DNA of 64,000 bases from Psilocybe cubensis (GCA_017499595.2 CM039000.1:434001-498000), one strand, 5' to 3'; numbered from the stretch's first letter, positions 36,702 to 51,189 are shown. The notes: generated by a model from the sequence alone, not told the origin. A program made the numbers and translations.

Positions 36702-39534
36702 ATGGACTCCAAAATCACCACCGCCCAATCCCTTCGTGCTGCGCTTGCAAAACTAGACGCCGATATCAAGGAGGCAGTGAAGAGTGGGGAGGTTAAAAAG
36801 ACGATGAGGAAGTTGAATGTGGTCCTGGTGCACCCGAAATTTTTTTTTACCGTGTTACATTACTAACCTAGAGGTACAGAGAGAGGTCTTGCGCGTCAAA
36901 AAGGCGAAGACCCATCCCGAAATCTTCAAGGAATTCGGCCACTTTTTGTGGTCGGTTGTGGTGGATTACAAAAGGTGCAGCAATGCGAGCGACTTTGACG
37001 TTGCTAGCTTCGCTGCCAAGCATCGCGATGCGCTGGCAAAAATTGAGGGCACCGGCCCACAATTGACGTCTACCACAGAGTCCGGACTTGTCAATCCGAC
37101 ACAAGTTCCCGACATGTCGCAGTCGGCTACCGCTCGCATTCCCCATGTATCGCAGTCGGCCACCCCTTGCCTTTCCGACGCATTGCAGTTGGCCACCCCT
37201 CGCGTTTCCGATGCTTCACAGTCGCCTACCCCTCGTGTTTCCGATGCGTCGCAGTCAGCTGCCCCTTGCGTTTCCGACGCATTGAAGTCGGCGACCCCTC
37301 GTGTTCCCAATGCGTCGAAGTTGGCGATCTTCCGTGTTCCTGATGCGTCAAAGTCCGCCATCCCGCAGGCGGCGGCAAATGACATTCCAAATGTGTTGCA
37401 GTCGGCCCCAAATCGCGGTAACCGCAAGACACCCGCAACTCAGTTGTCCGCAGAGTCGGGCGGGTTCAAGCTGACGCCCTCTGAGGCTACAATTTGTAAG
37501 TACTATTCATATTGCTATGTGTTACCTTTATATTAAATCACTGGTGGGTTTCTTTTAACTCAGTGGCATTGTCCAATGTAATAATGAAGCCAAACCATGC
37601 CTCAAGGGCAGTTGCAGGTATGTATTTCACTTTTTATGTATATGATATTCTCTTTGATGTTGCTACTTATACTAGAACTTGCTACTTCATCCTCAACCCA
37701 TCATGTTCCTCCGCCTGCCAATAACCCGGCTCAAAAGTCCAAGACCCAGATTCAGCGAGGAAAGAGGGGCTCAAAGAGCGGCGAGAGCTCGAGGGGAAGC
37801 CTCCCAACAAAGTCAGTCGGTTTGTTCGCTCATGAGGTTGCGATGGCACACTTTGACCGCCCCGATAGCCCTGAAAACAAGTTCAGGGCATTAAAGCTGC
37901 AAAAAATGCTGAAGAAGGCTCCACCCCAAGAGCCCAAATCGGGCTCTGAATACGAAGAAGTGTCGGAGAGTGAGGAGTCGGCCGTGGAGACTGGGTCAAA
38001 GCGCAAGAGGTCAGTAAAGGCGCCGACTCCGACAACAACGACTCCAACTCCGACTACGACTACAACTACAGCCACAAAGTGTGATCGATGCCTCAAAAAC
38101 AACAAAGAATGCCAGGAGATATTAAGCGACAGTGGGAAACGTGCGTATGCCTTTTGCAGCAAGCACAAGAAGGGTTGTACATGGGGAGGTATCTTGGTTT
38201 CTGAAAATCGTCGGGCGAACAAGGCATCTGCGGCAAAGACGTCAAAGAGGGGACCGAAGGGCAAGAAGTCGGAATCGACTCCTCCCTCTAATGATGAGGC
38301 CATGCCGCCCAAAAAACGGGTGAAGTCTCAGCAATGTGTGTGCTACATAGCTATTTGATTTTTTATGATTCTAATTTCCATACATCTTTTCTAGTTGTGA
38401 TAGACACCGATGAGGCCTCAGAGGGCGAACAGGCTGCTACAAGGCCAACACAAAGGTCGATGCAGAAGCAAAAAAGCAAGCCTTCGGAATCGGGTGCGTT
38501 TAAATATATTTTATTTACCTTGTTTGAAGCTCATGTTCTTTGAAGTCGATTTTGTTAAGATTAGCTCCGGCTCCGACACCCCCGCTCCTTCCAAACCTGC
38601 TCCGACTTCTGCATTCTCTGCACCCTCAGCAGCAGCTCAGAACCCCGCTTCTCTTCCATCGCGTTGTTTGCAAGACTCCGACATCATTGACATCCCAACC
38701 ATTTCCGACTTCGCCAGGCGCATCAATGAGTTGGAAATCATGGGTTGCGCGACTCAGGTTGACTTAGCAATTCTAAGAACAACCAACGAAGATCTGCAGG
38801 AGGAGCTTTCCAACTTGAAAGCGGAATATAACTCCCTCAAGCGCGGTTACGACAACCTATACGAGAGAGTTAGTAGGCATCGCAATGCTGCGGTTGATCG
38901 GCATTCGGCGTTTTCGTCGAAGTGGGAGGCTGGGATGCAAAAGGTCAAAGCCGAGGTGAAGTATCTGTCCGACTCTCTTGAAAGGACCGACACCACTCTC
39001 CTCTCTCTTGAAGGCCGCGTTGACGAGATTCAAATGATGCATCAAATGACTAGTGACGGCGCATACCTTTCTGAGGAGTTGGGTGAAGACTTGGAGAGTG
39101 CCAGTGAGGATGGTTTGGAGGATGGTTCAGTTGCAATGGATTTGTCTTCGGATGACAAGGCAAGTACTTCCAGCCCTGCTACCAACCTCAATGCCGACTC
39201 CGACGTCAACGACAATCCCGCTTCCGCTTCCACCTCCGACTTCGACGCCGATCCCGCTTCCGACAACGCCGATCCCGCTTCCGACCACACCGATCCCGCT
39301 TCCGCTGACAATGCCGATCCCGCCTCTGATGGCACTGCTAATGCTGTCACGGGTAAGAAAGCGGATCACAACGCCACTGACACCAACATTTCTGCTGCGG
39401 ATCACGGAGTCAAGGCAATCGGAAGTGAAAACATTGAAGGTAGTGGCCCAATCGGTGATGTTACTCCTCCGCAACCACCCACTACACCACCAGCACTTCC
39501 ATTGTCACCCCCCCCCCCCGCCCTCTATAGATAA
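36702..39534 (+). CDS. KDZ-2 cargo: Zn2Cys6-like coiled-coil protein (one Cys apparently lost)
   Basis: Multi-exon; 11-aa repeats VSDASQSATPR; CDRCLKNNKEC-x10-YAFCSKHKKGC; coiled coil LRTTNEDLQEELSNLKAEYNSLK; acidic/Pro tail; same position and strand as 16960-19537. Confidence 0.65.
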
Positions 39535-39682
39535 CAATGCATTGTAGTAGATTGGTGGGGGGCTATTTTTTAAAAAAAAAATTGCTTAATATAATAATTT
39601 GTTTGCTTGTTCTCATATATCACTGAGTACCTAAAATTGCACCTTAGGTATAATAGAATGTAAGCTAAAATAAAGCCGGCAA

Positions 39683-42077
39683 TTAACTAGTTCGCTCTCG
39701 AGGGCGTCGGGCCCGTTTTCCCTCAATAATCAATGTTTCTTCTACTTCTTTTCGTTTCCTTCGTGCATGTACAGGAGCGGGTTTATGCGCAGAAGCGGGT
39801 GTGGATGCAGGTTCAGGGGCAGGTGGTGCTAACACAGAAGCGGGTTCCTGCTCAGGAGCAGATGTGGATGTGGGCTCAGGGGCAGGTGGTGCTAACACCG
39901 GAGCAAGTTCCTGCACAGGAGTGGGTGCATGCATAGGAGTAGGTGTGGATGTGGGCTCAGGGGCGGGTGTGGATGCCAATACAGGTGCGGGTCCCTGTAC
40001 AGGAGCGGGTGCAACTGAACTTGTTGGCACCTGCAACCCAAGTAGTTGGTCAGAAACCCGCCATGCATCCTCTAGTTCTTGATGATTCTTCTGATGCTCT
40101 GCAATCTCCGCTGGAGTAGTAGGTGGTTTCCTAGGTCGGGGTCGGGGTCGGGATTGAGAACTTTGGATGGCAGGGGGTTGAGTTGCAGAGGATTGAGTGC
40201 CAGAGATTTGTTGACTTGCATCCTTTGGATCCACAACATTATTGGAGCTGCTAATAGGCCCACTTCGCAATGCTGGATCAATCATACAATCCAAAATTAT
40301 GTTGGTACTGGGAGGTGTTACAGTCCCAGTATGCATAGATTCCTGGGTGGAGTCAAATGTAATCAGACTTGATGCACCCTGCATTTCCTCAATTCGCATT
40401 GGAGTTTTCTTTGGCTTCTTGGGTTTTTTGGGTGGTGGAGGCCGACGTTTGGGTTTTTCTGTGTCAACATTGCGAATCTCATCGGGATACCATGTATCTT
40501 CCACATCCTCTCCTTTTCTCCCCTTTTTAACCTTGTGAAAGCGAAACACTTGACTGAGTGGAAATGTTTCTTGACGTGATCGGAGATGTGTAAATAATTT
40601 GCGCAAGTCTTCAAGGTCAAGGAATTGGGGTCGCTTCAGCTTGAAGCGGGGTGGTAAATATTCTGGAGAGATGAATTTGGATTGATAGAGTTCAATTGCT
40701 TCGTAGGGGGTTTGCGAAGTCCGACCGTGTGTCGCAAGTTCTATAAAAAAAATAATACCAGTTAAATTCAAAGTCTTCAAATGTGATTATGCTTACTATA
40801 GTTTTGACCAAGGTAAAGACGGAGCAGTGATTCCAAGTCTTTTCTATTGACCTTGGATGCATCAAAGTCTTGAGGTAAGATTGGGAACCCATCGGCATCT
40901 TGTTCAAGTATTAATAGATCAGATTTTGCTGTTATATGTATCCCAGATGTTGCTCTTTCTTTGGCGTTTAATAATCCACGGACATAGGTACTGATTAGCC
41001 TCTTCATCTGTGTTACTTCATCTGGCTTTTGCTCTTCAAATAGTGTTGAACAGACCCCAATAACACTGGCTACTTGATCATGACTATATATTAAATCAGT
41101 CGGAGTCGGGCGGAGTTATTGAATCAATCGGAGTCGGTTAGGTCGGAGTCGGCCATGATAAGTAATCAGTCGGAGTGTGTCGGAGTCGGAAATGAGTAAC
41201 GTGTGAAAATGGACTTGTAATTAAAACGCACACTTGGACTGAGAGTTGGCCAGATTCATTAATCTGGCAAACAAATGTGATACTCATTAATCCCATTTCT
41301 GCCCATTGTTGGTTTGCTGCCTCATCTAGCTTCTTGAAGGCATATTTCTTTGCTTTTCTAAATACAATTTGAATAGTAGGTCAATATTCTATTTTAATAA
41401 AACACTGACTTGCGTTTGTCTTCATCAGAGTAAACCACGGATGCATAATTTGCTGCTTCCACATCCAGCTGGCGTTTTTCGCGGTCGGACATTCGAGAAA
41501 TGATGTTGCTCATTGCTTTCATGCGGTTTTCGAAAACGCCTGGTGTCCCAACTCCTGCTGATTCTATTCCCAGAATACTAGCAATTTCCTTGTAGACTTC
41601 GTCTCTTCTGTTATACCAGAGAACAGTCGTGCGCTTCAATTTTTTACCCATTGTGGCTGCTTTAGTAAGTTTCTCCCCCCTCCAGTTGTTTCGGATCCAT
41701 GCAAGTAGTTTCTATAACATAAGAATTCAGTTGCAAATATAGTATAAAATATATAGCGTTATACCTATTGTATTGTCGGACCCGACACCCGACAGAAATT
41801 CTCAATAAAAATCAATTACTCCAATAGGTGCACATACCTTTGCCTCCTCCTGCATAAATTCTTTACTACGGCTTACGGTTCTGGTTTTACTCCAGTAATT
41901 GAAAAGATCAGGTAGTATTTCGCACACCACCTGCTTACGATCAAGGTTAGTTGCAGCTTTAGTGTAATTATCTTTGTGTTTCTCAATTATTTCGCGTTCT
42001 TGTCGATCATAGACTCTAACCAGTCTATCATGGGCACGAAAGATGTCTTCGAGTACCGCATTTTCAGTACTGGCCAT
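39683..42077 (-). CDS. KDZ-2 cargo: homologue of the helical/HMG-like gene
   Basis: [34 protein letters not shown]...HLRSRQ, terminal IEGKRARR align with the KDZ-1 gene. Confidence 0.65.
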
Positions 42078-42386
42078 ACTATACCAAATAAAATAAGTTA
42101 AAATTGATGAGGTAGTTCTCTACAGAGCCAACAAATATTGGAACAGACTAACCTTGAGGCTATGTTGAGGCTTGGGTTCTCAGAATCAGATGCACCCCAA
42201 AAATATTGGGGGTTGGAGAAGAATGAATGTGGAAACACACACACCAGAATCCTGCTCCCTTTATACAAGTCCATAAACATGAGCACATGCATATTAGGTA
42301 AGGCTAAACTGTGCAGTTGGATTGAGCCACCCTAATGTATAGCAATAATCAACCAAGACAGGAGCTTTTCTTATCTTGTTCCTATC

Positions 42387-45300
42387 ATGCCATCTCAACG
42401 AACATCAAGTAACAGAAAGTCTAGAAAGAAGGCACTGTACGAGGATGATGCCAATGCAGCAGATGCTGTCACATACAGAAATCAAACCAGAACCACTCGA
42501 GCAGGAAAGGTGGTTTCAGAACTGGTCAAGGTCTCTTTGAGTACTGCAAGTCAACCCCATAAAAAGATTCCAGTGGATCCGGGAGAACAGGAGCAGAACA
42601 CATTTAACGGGGATGGTGGCTTTAGTGAGGATGAAAACCAGCCATCCACAAGTCACCAGAATGACAATGCAGTCCCAAAAATACGGAAGGTATGAGCATT
42701 GTTTTTCATTGTACAAATTCATCTTACCAGTATTCTATGGCCCATAGACACAGCGAGACTATATCAATGAATTTGTGTCTCGTGTGGATAGCTTACTGGG
42801 AGCATTATTAACCCGTGAAGCACCCAACATTTCTGAGGACTCTGAACATCCTATTTGTTCTAATTGTGATAACTCAATTGCGGTATGGCGGTGCAAAGAT
42901 TGCAGCTTACCATCCCTTGTTTGCAGAAAGTGCATGAGACATACTCACCGTACAAATCCAATGCACAAAGTAGAATGTTGGACAGGAACACACTTCAGGC
43001 CGGCTTATCTATGGGAGACTGGCACCTATATTCTGATACCCCATCATACTGGAGACTCTATGTGCTCTTCATTGACTTTCCAGGTTAATTACCTTGAAGG
43101 TATTGAAGAAACCAAGGACGAGGAGGAACAAAATCAATTACAACAATTGAATTGGAAACAAGCGCCCGTCGGACCATTGACAGATCACACGGACAACATT
43201 GACATTCAGATGGATACTCTTGAGGATAACCCAGAGAATTTGGATCCGGATGGCCCTACAGATGAGGAGTTTGAGGAATACTTGGATAGGTATTGAGAAA
43301 ACCCACATACATTGGACAATATCCAAGATTTCGACGATGAAGAGGAAGTAGATGAGGTGGAAGCCGATATATGTGATTTGCCACCCTATCTCCGACCAAA
43401 GTCGGGAAGCAAAGCCATTCCAACACAGACTCCAAAGACCGATGGACTTAATAACGCATATATTTGGGCAGTTTACACTAATGGTGTCCACCACTTGGCT
43501 ATGGTTTATTGTGTTTGCCATGGTGCCAACAACCTTCCTCTGGATAACAAGTTTTCACCGTATCCGTACAGTCTTCTCTGCCCAACTTCTGGATTATTTT
43601 CGTTTATCCAATCTTGAACTCAAGGCCTCAGCATATCAGTTTTACTCCCTTGTCCGACGAATGACAAATCCAATGTCTCCTTCAAGTGTAGTAGATCTAT
43701 ACAACGAGTTCCAAAGAATGTCCCGACTTTGGCGGTGGATGAAAAAACTTAAATGGGCGGGGTTTGCAGGGCATAATGGGAGGACTGCACTGTCTGTTGG
43801 AAAAGGAGAGCTTGCAATTTTCTGTCCTGCATGCCCACAACCTGGAATCAATTTACCCACTAATTGGAGAGAGGACACAAATCAATGGGTGTATAAGCGG
43901 ATATTCGTGGCGGATGGAAATTTCAAGGCTGATCATGTCCGCTCAGAAAAGCCATCTCGGGATGTCTGGCTTTCAGAAGGTAGTGGCATGATACCAGATT
44001 GTACAGAGTATCATGCTTTTCTCAAATCTGCTATTGAGGCACTAACGGTGCGTTTAATTAACTTGCTACTTTAATATCATTTGGAAAGCTAACTAATACT
44101 AGGGTGCTCCATGCGAGAACACATTCCGTGCAATTCAAAATTCTCTGTTGTCAAAATCACCTTGCGATGTTACAGGAATTGTCGGCATTGCATGCACCCA
44201 ACATGGCTGCTATGCTCCAAATGCTCTTGTTGACCTTTTCAAAGGTGAGCAGCAAAAAAATGTCGACTTTGCATTTTTAGCTGCACTTGCATCGACCGGT
44301 GTCCATCCCGACCAAGGCACAATGGTTATATATGACATTGTTTGCCAGTATATCATCTGGCTACTCAAACGGATTAAGGATCATCTCCCTAATGGACTCA
44401 AGATTGACAGAGCAATTGGGATGTTTCATGTTCATGCACACAAAGATGAGTGTTTTTTCCGATATGCACCGACTTTTATTCCTGGTGCCGCTTGTGTTTG
44501 CGGAGAAATTCTTGAATCGCTCTGGGCCGACTTAAATGCCATATTCCCTGCAGCTTGTACAGCAACATTAGCACATCGAGCAGAGATTCTTGATGATCAC
44601 GCATGCGATTCCAACCACAAAAAGGCACTTGGGATAACCCGATATCTTTGCCGACGATATTTGGAAGCCGAAGAAACACGAGAAAAATATCGGATATGTT
44701 TCTCTAACCTTACCAATGCTGCCGATCCCGAAGCAGTCCAGTTGTGGACTAAGCAGATTGAGCATGTAGAGCAACATCGGTTGGAAGATCCAAAGCTCAT
44801 GGACATTTATATGGCTAAACGGCCTGGATCTGCTCCAGTCAATACAGCCGCAAGTGATTGTGCATGTCCGACTGCACCACTTACTCCAGTACAATCGTGG
44901 ATTTAATTTGCTTTAGTAATTGAAGAGAAACAGTACGTATAATTGTTTTAAATATTACTTTTCTAATACAAGTTTTGATGTTTTAGATTGGATATACGGA
45001 TGCGTGCTCGCCGTCTTGTCAATCATGACCGCCTCACCGACCGTGTCAAACTTCAAAAACTGCGCGATGCCCTCAAAACATTAATGGTTCAACTTAATAA
45101 ACTCCAGGCCAAAGCGGGTGTTATTGCTACTGGGAGGCAAGATATTGACATATCCGACCAGATTTTAATTGACTGGGAAGATGAAGAAGATGTTTTGGCT
45201 CCGGGGTCGGGTCCGACAGTAAACGAGGACATTGATCTACAACCAATATGCTTACCGTCGAATGGTGCTGCAAGCGAAATTTATGCATCAGATGAACTTG

Positions 45301-46062
45301 AAGCCAGAATATCAAAAGCTAGAAGTCACCTTAACCAAATCCGAGAACTAATAGCAGAGCGGTCTTTCCAGTTTAAAGAAGTTGTCCGAAAGGGTCCACA
45401 AAAAGGAGTTCGCACACGAGGTCAAACAGCGGTAAAAGAGTTGAAAGATCAAATTTCAATGCATGCACAGGCGTACTCACACTGCCAAAGTCGTATTGTA
45501 AAGCTCAGGGCCGATGATGAAATTCTCAAGGAATTGCGCATTTTAACCAAAGAAGACATCAAATCAAGTACTGCTATTCTCAATCCAAATTTGCCAGGAT
45601 CAACCAAATTTCGTTTATCATGGATTTGGTATTCTGTACACCAAAGGTTCGGACCACGATGGGCGCTTGACCCAACAGCTACACCTGATGCCGACCCAAA
45701 CACATTGTCGGAGGAAGCAGATCCCGCTACTGTGCTTGAATGTGAGTTAATTCAATGATATATTATGGGCGCTTATATATTTCCGACCCGACTATGTAGT
45801 TAAACGAGTTCATTGGTTGCGGGCACGAGCACTCTATCATCGGTGGCAAGAAGAAGCAACACTAGTGCGATATGAAATGCAATGGACTGTTGCATTTTTT
45901 GTACACCAAAGTGAGAAGTGGAAGACATACATTATGTCGGACCCGACACTAAGTTTGGGCGCAAGAGCATATGCATATCGGAAATCAGAAGCTTGGTATA
46001 GCTTGGCATTGGCTGGGGATTACTTATTTAGGCGGGTAAATTCACTCTACAAGCCACTGTAA
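42387..46062 (+). pseudogene. CxC2-KDZ transposase, inactivated
   Basis: FCPACPQPG, ADGNFK, YDIVCQY, FHVHAHKDEC, GEILESLW; in-frame stops at 43294 (TGA) and 44904 (TAA); deletion/frameshift near 43545. Confidence 0.9.
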
Positions 46063-46110
46063 TTTGAAATACTTCTCTTTCTTATCTACTTCCATCTATC
46101 TACATCCATC

Positions 46111-47829
46111 ATGAGTGCTGAACCCAAAGCTATCAAAGTCATCCGTGTATTCGACCCTTTTGACCACAATTATGCACGTTGGTCAAAAAAAGGCAGACAG
46201 ATTCAAAAGACTGCTATATTTTCAACGTCTCGATTCCGAGAAATTATGGAACACATCATCAAGGTCCCTACTGCGCGTCAAAAAAAGTGGATGCAAGAGT
46301 CTCTGCAGATGGAATTGGTAAGTTTTTCTGTCACATGATTGTCCGACTTATCACATGGCAATGACGCACCCCGATCAGGATGCTGTCTCGACGTGTATCG
46401 GCAATGCCTATGCAGGATCCCAGGTCATTGAAATTCCGCTGCTTCTGCGTTCTCTATGCGACACATTGGCCGTCGCTTCAACCGACTCGCTTCCGCTGGA
46501 TATTGACCCCGGGATGGTTGATTTACTGGCCGCAGGAACGTCTAGTACGGCACTGGACAGACGGGTTAACTCGTATTCGCATGCATGGTGGTTGAAGAAC
46601 ACCCCGCCTGCCGACATCACCGACATTTTAAACGGTGCTAATCTTCTTGAGATCATGAAGTATCATGAAGCCGAGTTGAAGAAATTTTTGGAAAAAGAAT
46701 GTGAAGATTTGTCTAAGGCGTCACAATCGACAGCATCGGTGCCTTCTGATGTTGTTCCAACTCAAATTAAGCCGATTCTTATGCTTCTCAAGGATGCCGA
46801 TTCCGCGACATGCAATTCCTGTTCCCGACTTTCCTTTCTCGCCGACGATTTACTTCACCAACTACGAGGATTCAAAACCATGTTGATGGCTAATGTTGGT
46901 CAATTGAGCAATGGTGTCGATCGCATTGCACGGCGTGCTGCAGGTTTTTTCAAGTTATATGAGGCTTCTCAGTCTTTATCATTGAAACCCGAGCCTACAC
47001 CCGACACACCTTCATCCAAGTGGACTTGGGGTGCGCAACTCACCGTAAAGCAGGTACACATTCATTTTGAAGTCGAATTTATAGTCAAGAACTTACCGCT
47101 TTCGCAGGTTTGCGCTCTTGGTGTGGCTACCAAAACGGTTCATTCGGGCTACGTGAAGAGCCTTTGAGATGGCGGGGACTTGGGTGAAAGATCGGAACTT
47201 GAATCCAATTTGCGCACCCACTCACAACATCCATCCGATGACCTGTCATCTCGTGCAGAAAGAAAGGCCCCGCCATCCGATGTACTTGATTTCCCCAAAT
47301 ATTTCAAGACTGGGACAGATGGTTCGGATTTCAGTGGCGGAGAAATGGCCGACTTTGATGTCGGCAGTGAACACAGCGCCAAATCGGACAATCTTGAAGA
47401 TATTCTTGACGCCGCGCTTGAACTTATGGAAACAGAAGATCAACAGGCTGCGGCATTGGAGAGTTTCCAAGAACTTGATCAAACCGATAGCAATTCGGAC
47501 AGCGGCAGGTCTGAAGCTATCAACCAAGCATTAGATCTCTATGCGGATGAGCTTGAAGATAGTGACTCGAGCGGGTCGGACTCCAATCACTTGGCCGACT
47601 CCCTAGCCAACGAAGCGGCTGATCTTTTCTTTGATTCTGCGGATGGTATGTAGCATTTCAATTTAATTGCCTTGAAATTCTTCTGACTAGCGACTTCTTT
47701 GCAGAATCCGACCATTCAATGGATATTGACCAAAACAATGAGGATATCAATGAAGATGAGGATTCCGCTCAACCCCAATTCACGTCGAAGCACTTTTCGG
47801 GGAACTTGGAGCTTGATCTTTTTGAGTAA
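46111..47829 (+). pseudogene. KDZ-2 conserved WW/CxxC cargo gene with in-frame TGA at 47165
   Basis: SRFRE..KWMQESLQMEL, GNAYAG..IEIP, WWLKNTPP, CNSC, RRAAGFFKLYE, KWTWG; frame continues after the stop; 3' end approximate. Confidence 0.7.
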
Positions 47830-47969
47830 TGCGTACATACTTAGTATTCTATATACTATCTATGTACTTTCAAATTTTATTTGTTGAATTTCTGTGTGCA
47901 CACTTGGTACTACTTATTGAGTAAAACACAAAAATCCTAAAATTGCTGCTATCTCCAAACCACAAATCC

Positions 47970-48540
47970 ATACACCCGCCAACTGCCACCATAAAAGGCC
48001 CCAACCCCGCCAATACAGGCTACCTTCTCACAATATTCTACCCAACCCCGCCATTTTTCAATTTCCCACATCCTTGCACAATATTCCGACTACCCGACAC
48101 CACTAGCCCGCACCCCGCACATTATTCCAACTACCCAACCCCGCCATTTTCCCATTTTCCGCACCCTGCACAATATTCCAAGCACCCGACCCCGCCATTT
48201 TCCCATTTCCTGCACCCCCGCACAATATTCCGACTACCCGACACCACTAGCCCGCACCCCGCACAATATTCCGACTACCCAACACGACCAGCCCGTACAA
48301 TATTTCAACTACCCGACCCCGCCATTTACCGATTGCCCGCACCCTCGCAAAATATCCCGACTATCGGGTCATACACGCTCCGACAACTGTATTCCCCGAC
48401 CCCAATATTTTTCAACTGCCCGCGACCCGTACAATACACAATGTCCCGACTACCTGTCATGCCGGCTGCGACAATCACATTCTCCAACCCCTCCATTTGT
48501 TGATTACCCGCACCCCAGTACAGTATCCCGATTACACATG
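47970..48540. repeat. Right subterminal repeat array of KDZ-2
   Basis: Recurrent cccgcacaatattccgactacccgac and cccgccatttt units. Confidence 0.85.
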
Positions 48541-48726
48541 GACCGGAACCAAAATATCTCGCTGGCAGGTACATTCAATGAAGCCATATAATGCACTACA
48601 TTGTGAGTCTCCTTTGCGGGAAATTTTGCATTCAATGATTCAGTGAATTTATTGAACCCACATTATATGGTACATTGTAAGATACTTTGATACACTTCTT
48701 CTTGTACATTGTAGCATGCCTACCTG

Positions 48727-51177
48727 AGAAAACCCAGGTCGAATATCTAGGATTCATTATCTCTTCTCAGGGTGTCCAGATGAAACTGGCCAATGCCACG
48801 CACGGTCAAGGAGATCCAATCATTCCTCGGTTTTAGAAATTTCTACCGCAGATTTGTTGATCATTATTCCGAAACTGTACTCGCATTGACCAGTCTAACG
48901 TCAAAGGCAGCAAAAGCGTCTTTTAACGGAATTACAGAGGCCGCTCAATCCGCTTTCGAACGCTTAAAACTCACATTTACGACTGCTCCTGTGCTTCAGC
49001 ACTTCGACCCTCTCAAACCTAGCACAATTGTCACGGATGCTTCGGACTTCGCTATCTCTTCTATTCTCCTTCAACCAAATGACAATAACTTATTACAACC
49101 CGTTGCTTATCATTCTAAGAAACTATCTCCGGCGGAAATTAACTACGAGATATATGACAAGGAACTTCTCGCCATTGTCGATACTCTTCGCGATATGCGC
49201 TCATGGCTTGTCGGTTCCCCGCACCCAGTTTCCATCCTCTGCGATCACAAGAATCTTGAATATTTCATGACATCGAAAACGCTGAATCGTCGTCAGGCGC
49301 GTTGGTCAATGTTGCTATCGGAATACAACTTTCAACTCAACTACAAACCTGGAAAATCGAACCCTGCTGACGCTGCATCACGTCGCCCGGACTTCGCGCC
49401 TAAAGAGGGGGATGACGTCGTTAAAAAATCAATTCAAACCGATTTTGACTGAGTACCATCTTCAAAGATTATTCCCTTCTAACAAACCTTTGTCAGAACC
49501 ACCAACAATCTCTTCAATGTCCACCTTCACGCTGGATAACTCGGAGTTATTGGATGAGTTTAAAGAAGCTTTTAAACATGATCTACAGTGGCGCGAAGCC
49601 CGTACTCAATGCGATGAGTCATTCACTTCTGTAAATGATTTAGTCTTTCACAACGGTCGTCTCTATGTTCCAGAATCCCTTCGTCCCAAAATTCTGCAAC
49701 TTCGCCACGATTCAGTACTTTTGGGTCACCCTGGACGCGCAGGAACTTATGACCTAGTTGCAAGAGATTTTTCCTGGCCAAATATGCGACGTTACGTGCG
49801 ATCCTATGTGTCTTCCTGTGATCACTGCGCCAGAAATAAGATCTTCCCTCACAAACCTTATGGGCTACTCCAACCCTTGGATATTCCTCATCGTCCCTGG
49901 TCGTCAATCTCCATGGATTTTATTACAAAGTTGCCTTTATCTCATGGTTACGACACGATATGGGTTATTTGTGACCGGATGACAAGGGCCGCTCATTTTA
50001 TTCCAGTGAATGAATCCATGGATGCACCAACACTCGCGCACATATACATGGACAGGATCTTTCATCATCACGGTTTCCCTCAATCCATCGTCTGCGACAG
50101 AGGATCCGTTTTCATATTGTCATTCCTTACAAACCTTATGAAACTCTGCGGAACAAAAATGCGACCATCAACGGCTTATCATCCACAAACGGACGGGCTT
50201 ACTGAGAGAACAAATCAGACTCTGGAAGTATACTTGCGCGCCTTCTGTTCATACAATCAGGACGATTGGGTTGACTATTTAGCGACAGCTGAGTTTTTGT
50301 TTAACAACACGATCAATTCCTCTACTCAGCAGACACCATTCTATGCCAACCTAGGATATCATCCTGATTTCGAAATCAAGATCTCCGAACGCTCAACAAA
50401 TCCTCTGGCAAATGATGTTGCTTTGCACCTCGACATCATACATCGAGAACTTCGTGCCGAGTTACAGCATTTGAACGAATACATTGCTCATCAATATAAT
50501 CAACACCACATTCCTGGACCTGACTTCAAACTCGGAGACCTGGTCTGGTTACGTCGTCGCAACATCAAGACAACAAGACCTTCGGACAAACTAGATTATC
50601 GCAAGATAGGACCCTTCAAAATCCTTGACAAGAAAGGATCATCATCATTTCTTCTCGACCTTCCTTGCTCTCTATCTCGTTTACACCCTGTCTTCCATGT
50701 GTCGCTCTTGGAACCTTATATTCAAAGCGACCTATCACATCCTGAATTCCCTTCGAAACTGATTTTGGAAGAAGACCCCACACCAAAAATCAAGAAAGTT
50801 CTGGACTGTTGTCGAGTCGGCAGGCGATACGACTACTTGTTGTCCTGGCAGGAACTCCCTGATTCAGAAAACTCTTGGGTCCCATTTTCGGAAATCTCGC
50901 AACGCGACTATGACATTATTGAAACTTTCCATTGTCGAAATCACTTGAAGCCTCACCCCCCTCGCTTCGATTTCTCCGCTCTACCCCATGTTCAACCTCA
51001 AAGTTTTACGGACATACCAAACGCTCCAATCGTCGACTACTTGGACCCACAAGTATACATGGACAAGTCTAATATACAATCCAAACCTTGGATGAAGGAA
51101 TACGAACCACCTCATCATCAACATTCACGAACCGGCTGAACAATAAAACCCCCTTCACGATACCTCGCTCAGGCCTA
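48727..51177 (+). pseudogene. Gypsy pol 3' part (RT thumb, RNase H, integrase, chromodomain)
   Basis: VEYLGFII, TDASD, YEIYDKELLA, DHKNL, H..GHPG..CDHC, ISMDFI, TAYHPQTDGLTERTN, GPF, HPVFHVSLL, chromodomain YLLSW..LPDSENSWVP; small deletion ~48783, frameshift ~49425, TGA at 51137. Confidence 0.92.
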
Positions 51178-51189
51178 ACGAGGGGGTAC

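Larger units (their letters stand above)
35088..48726 (+). mobile_element. KDZ-2: ~13.6-kb KDZ transposon without TET gene, nested in Gypsy RT
   Basis: Flanking direct repeat AGAAAAC(C) at 35081 and 48727; removing the insert restores RT ...CEFKKTQVEYLG; degenerate ~160-bp TIRs (shared ttcaataaattca and tac(a)atgtac blocks). Confidence 0.92.

Noticed and set aside
47943-48503. 186-aa Pro/His-rich ORF
   Set aside because: Translation of the KDZ-2 subterminal repeat array.
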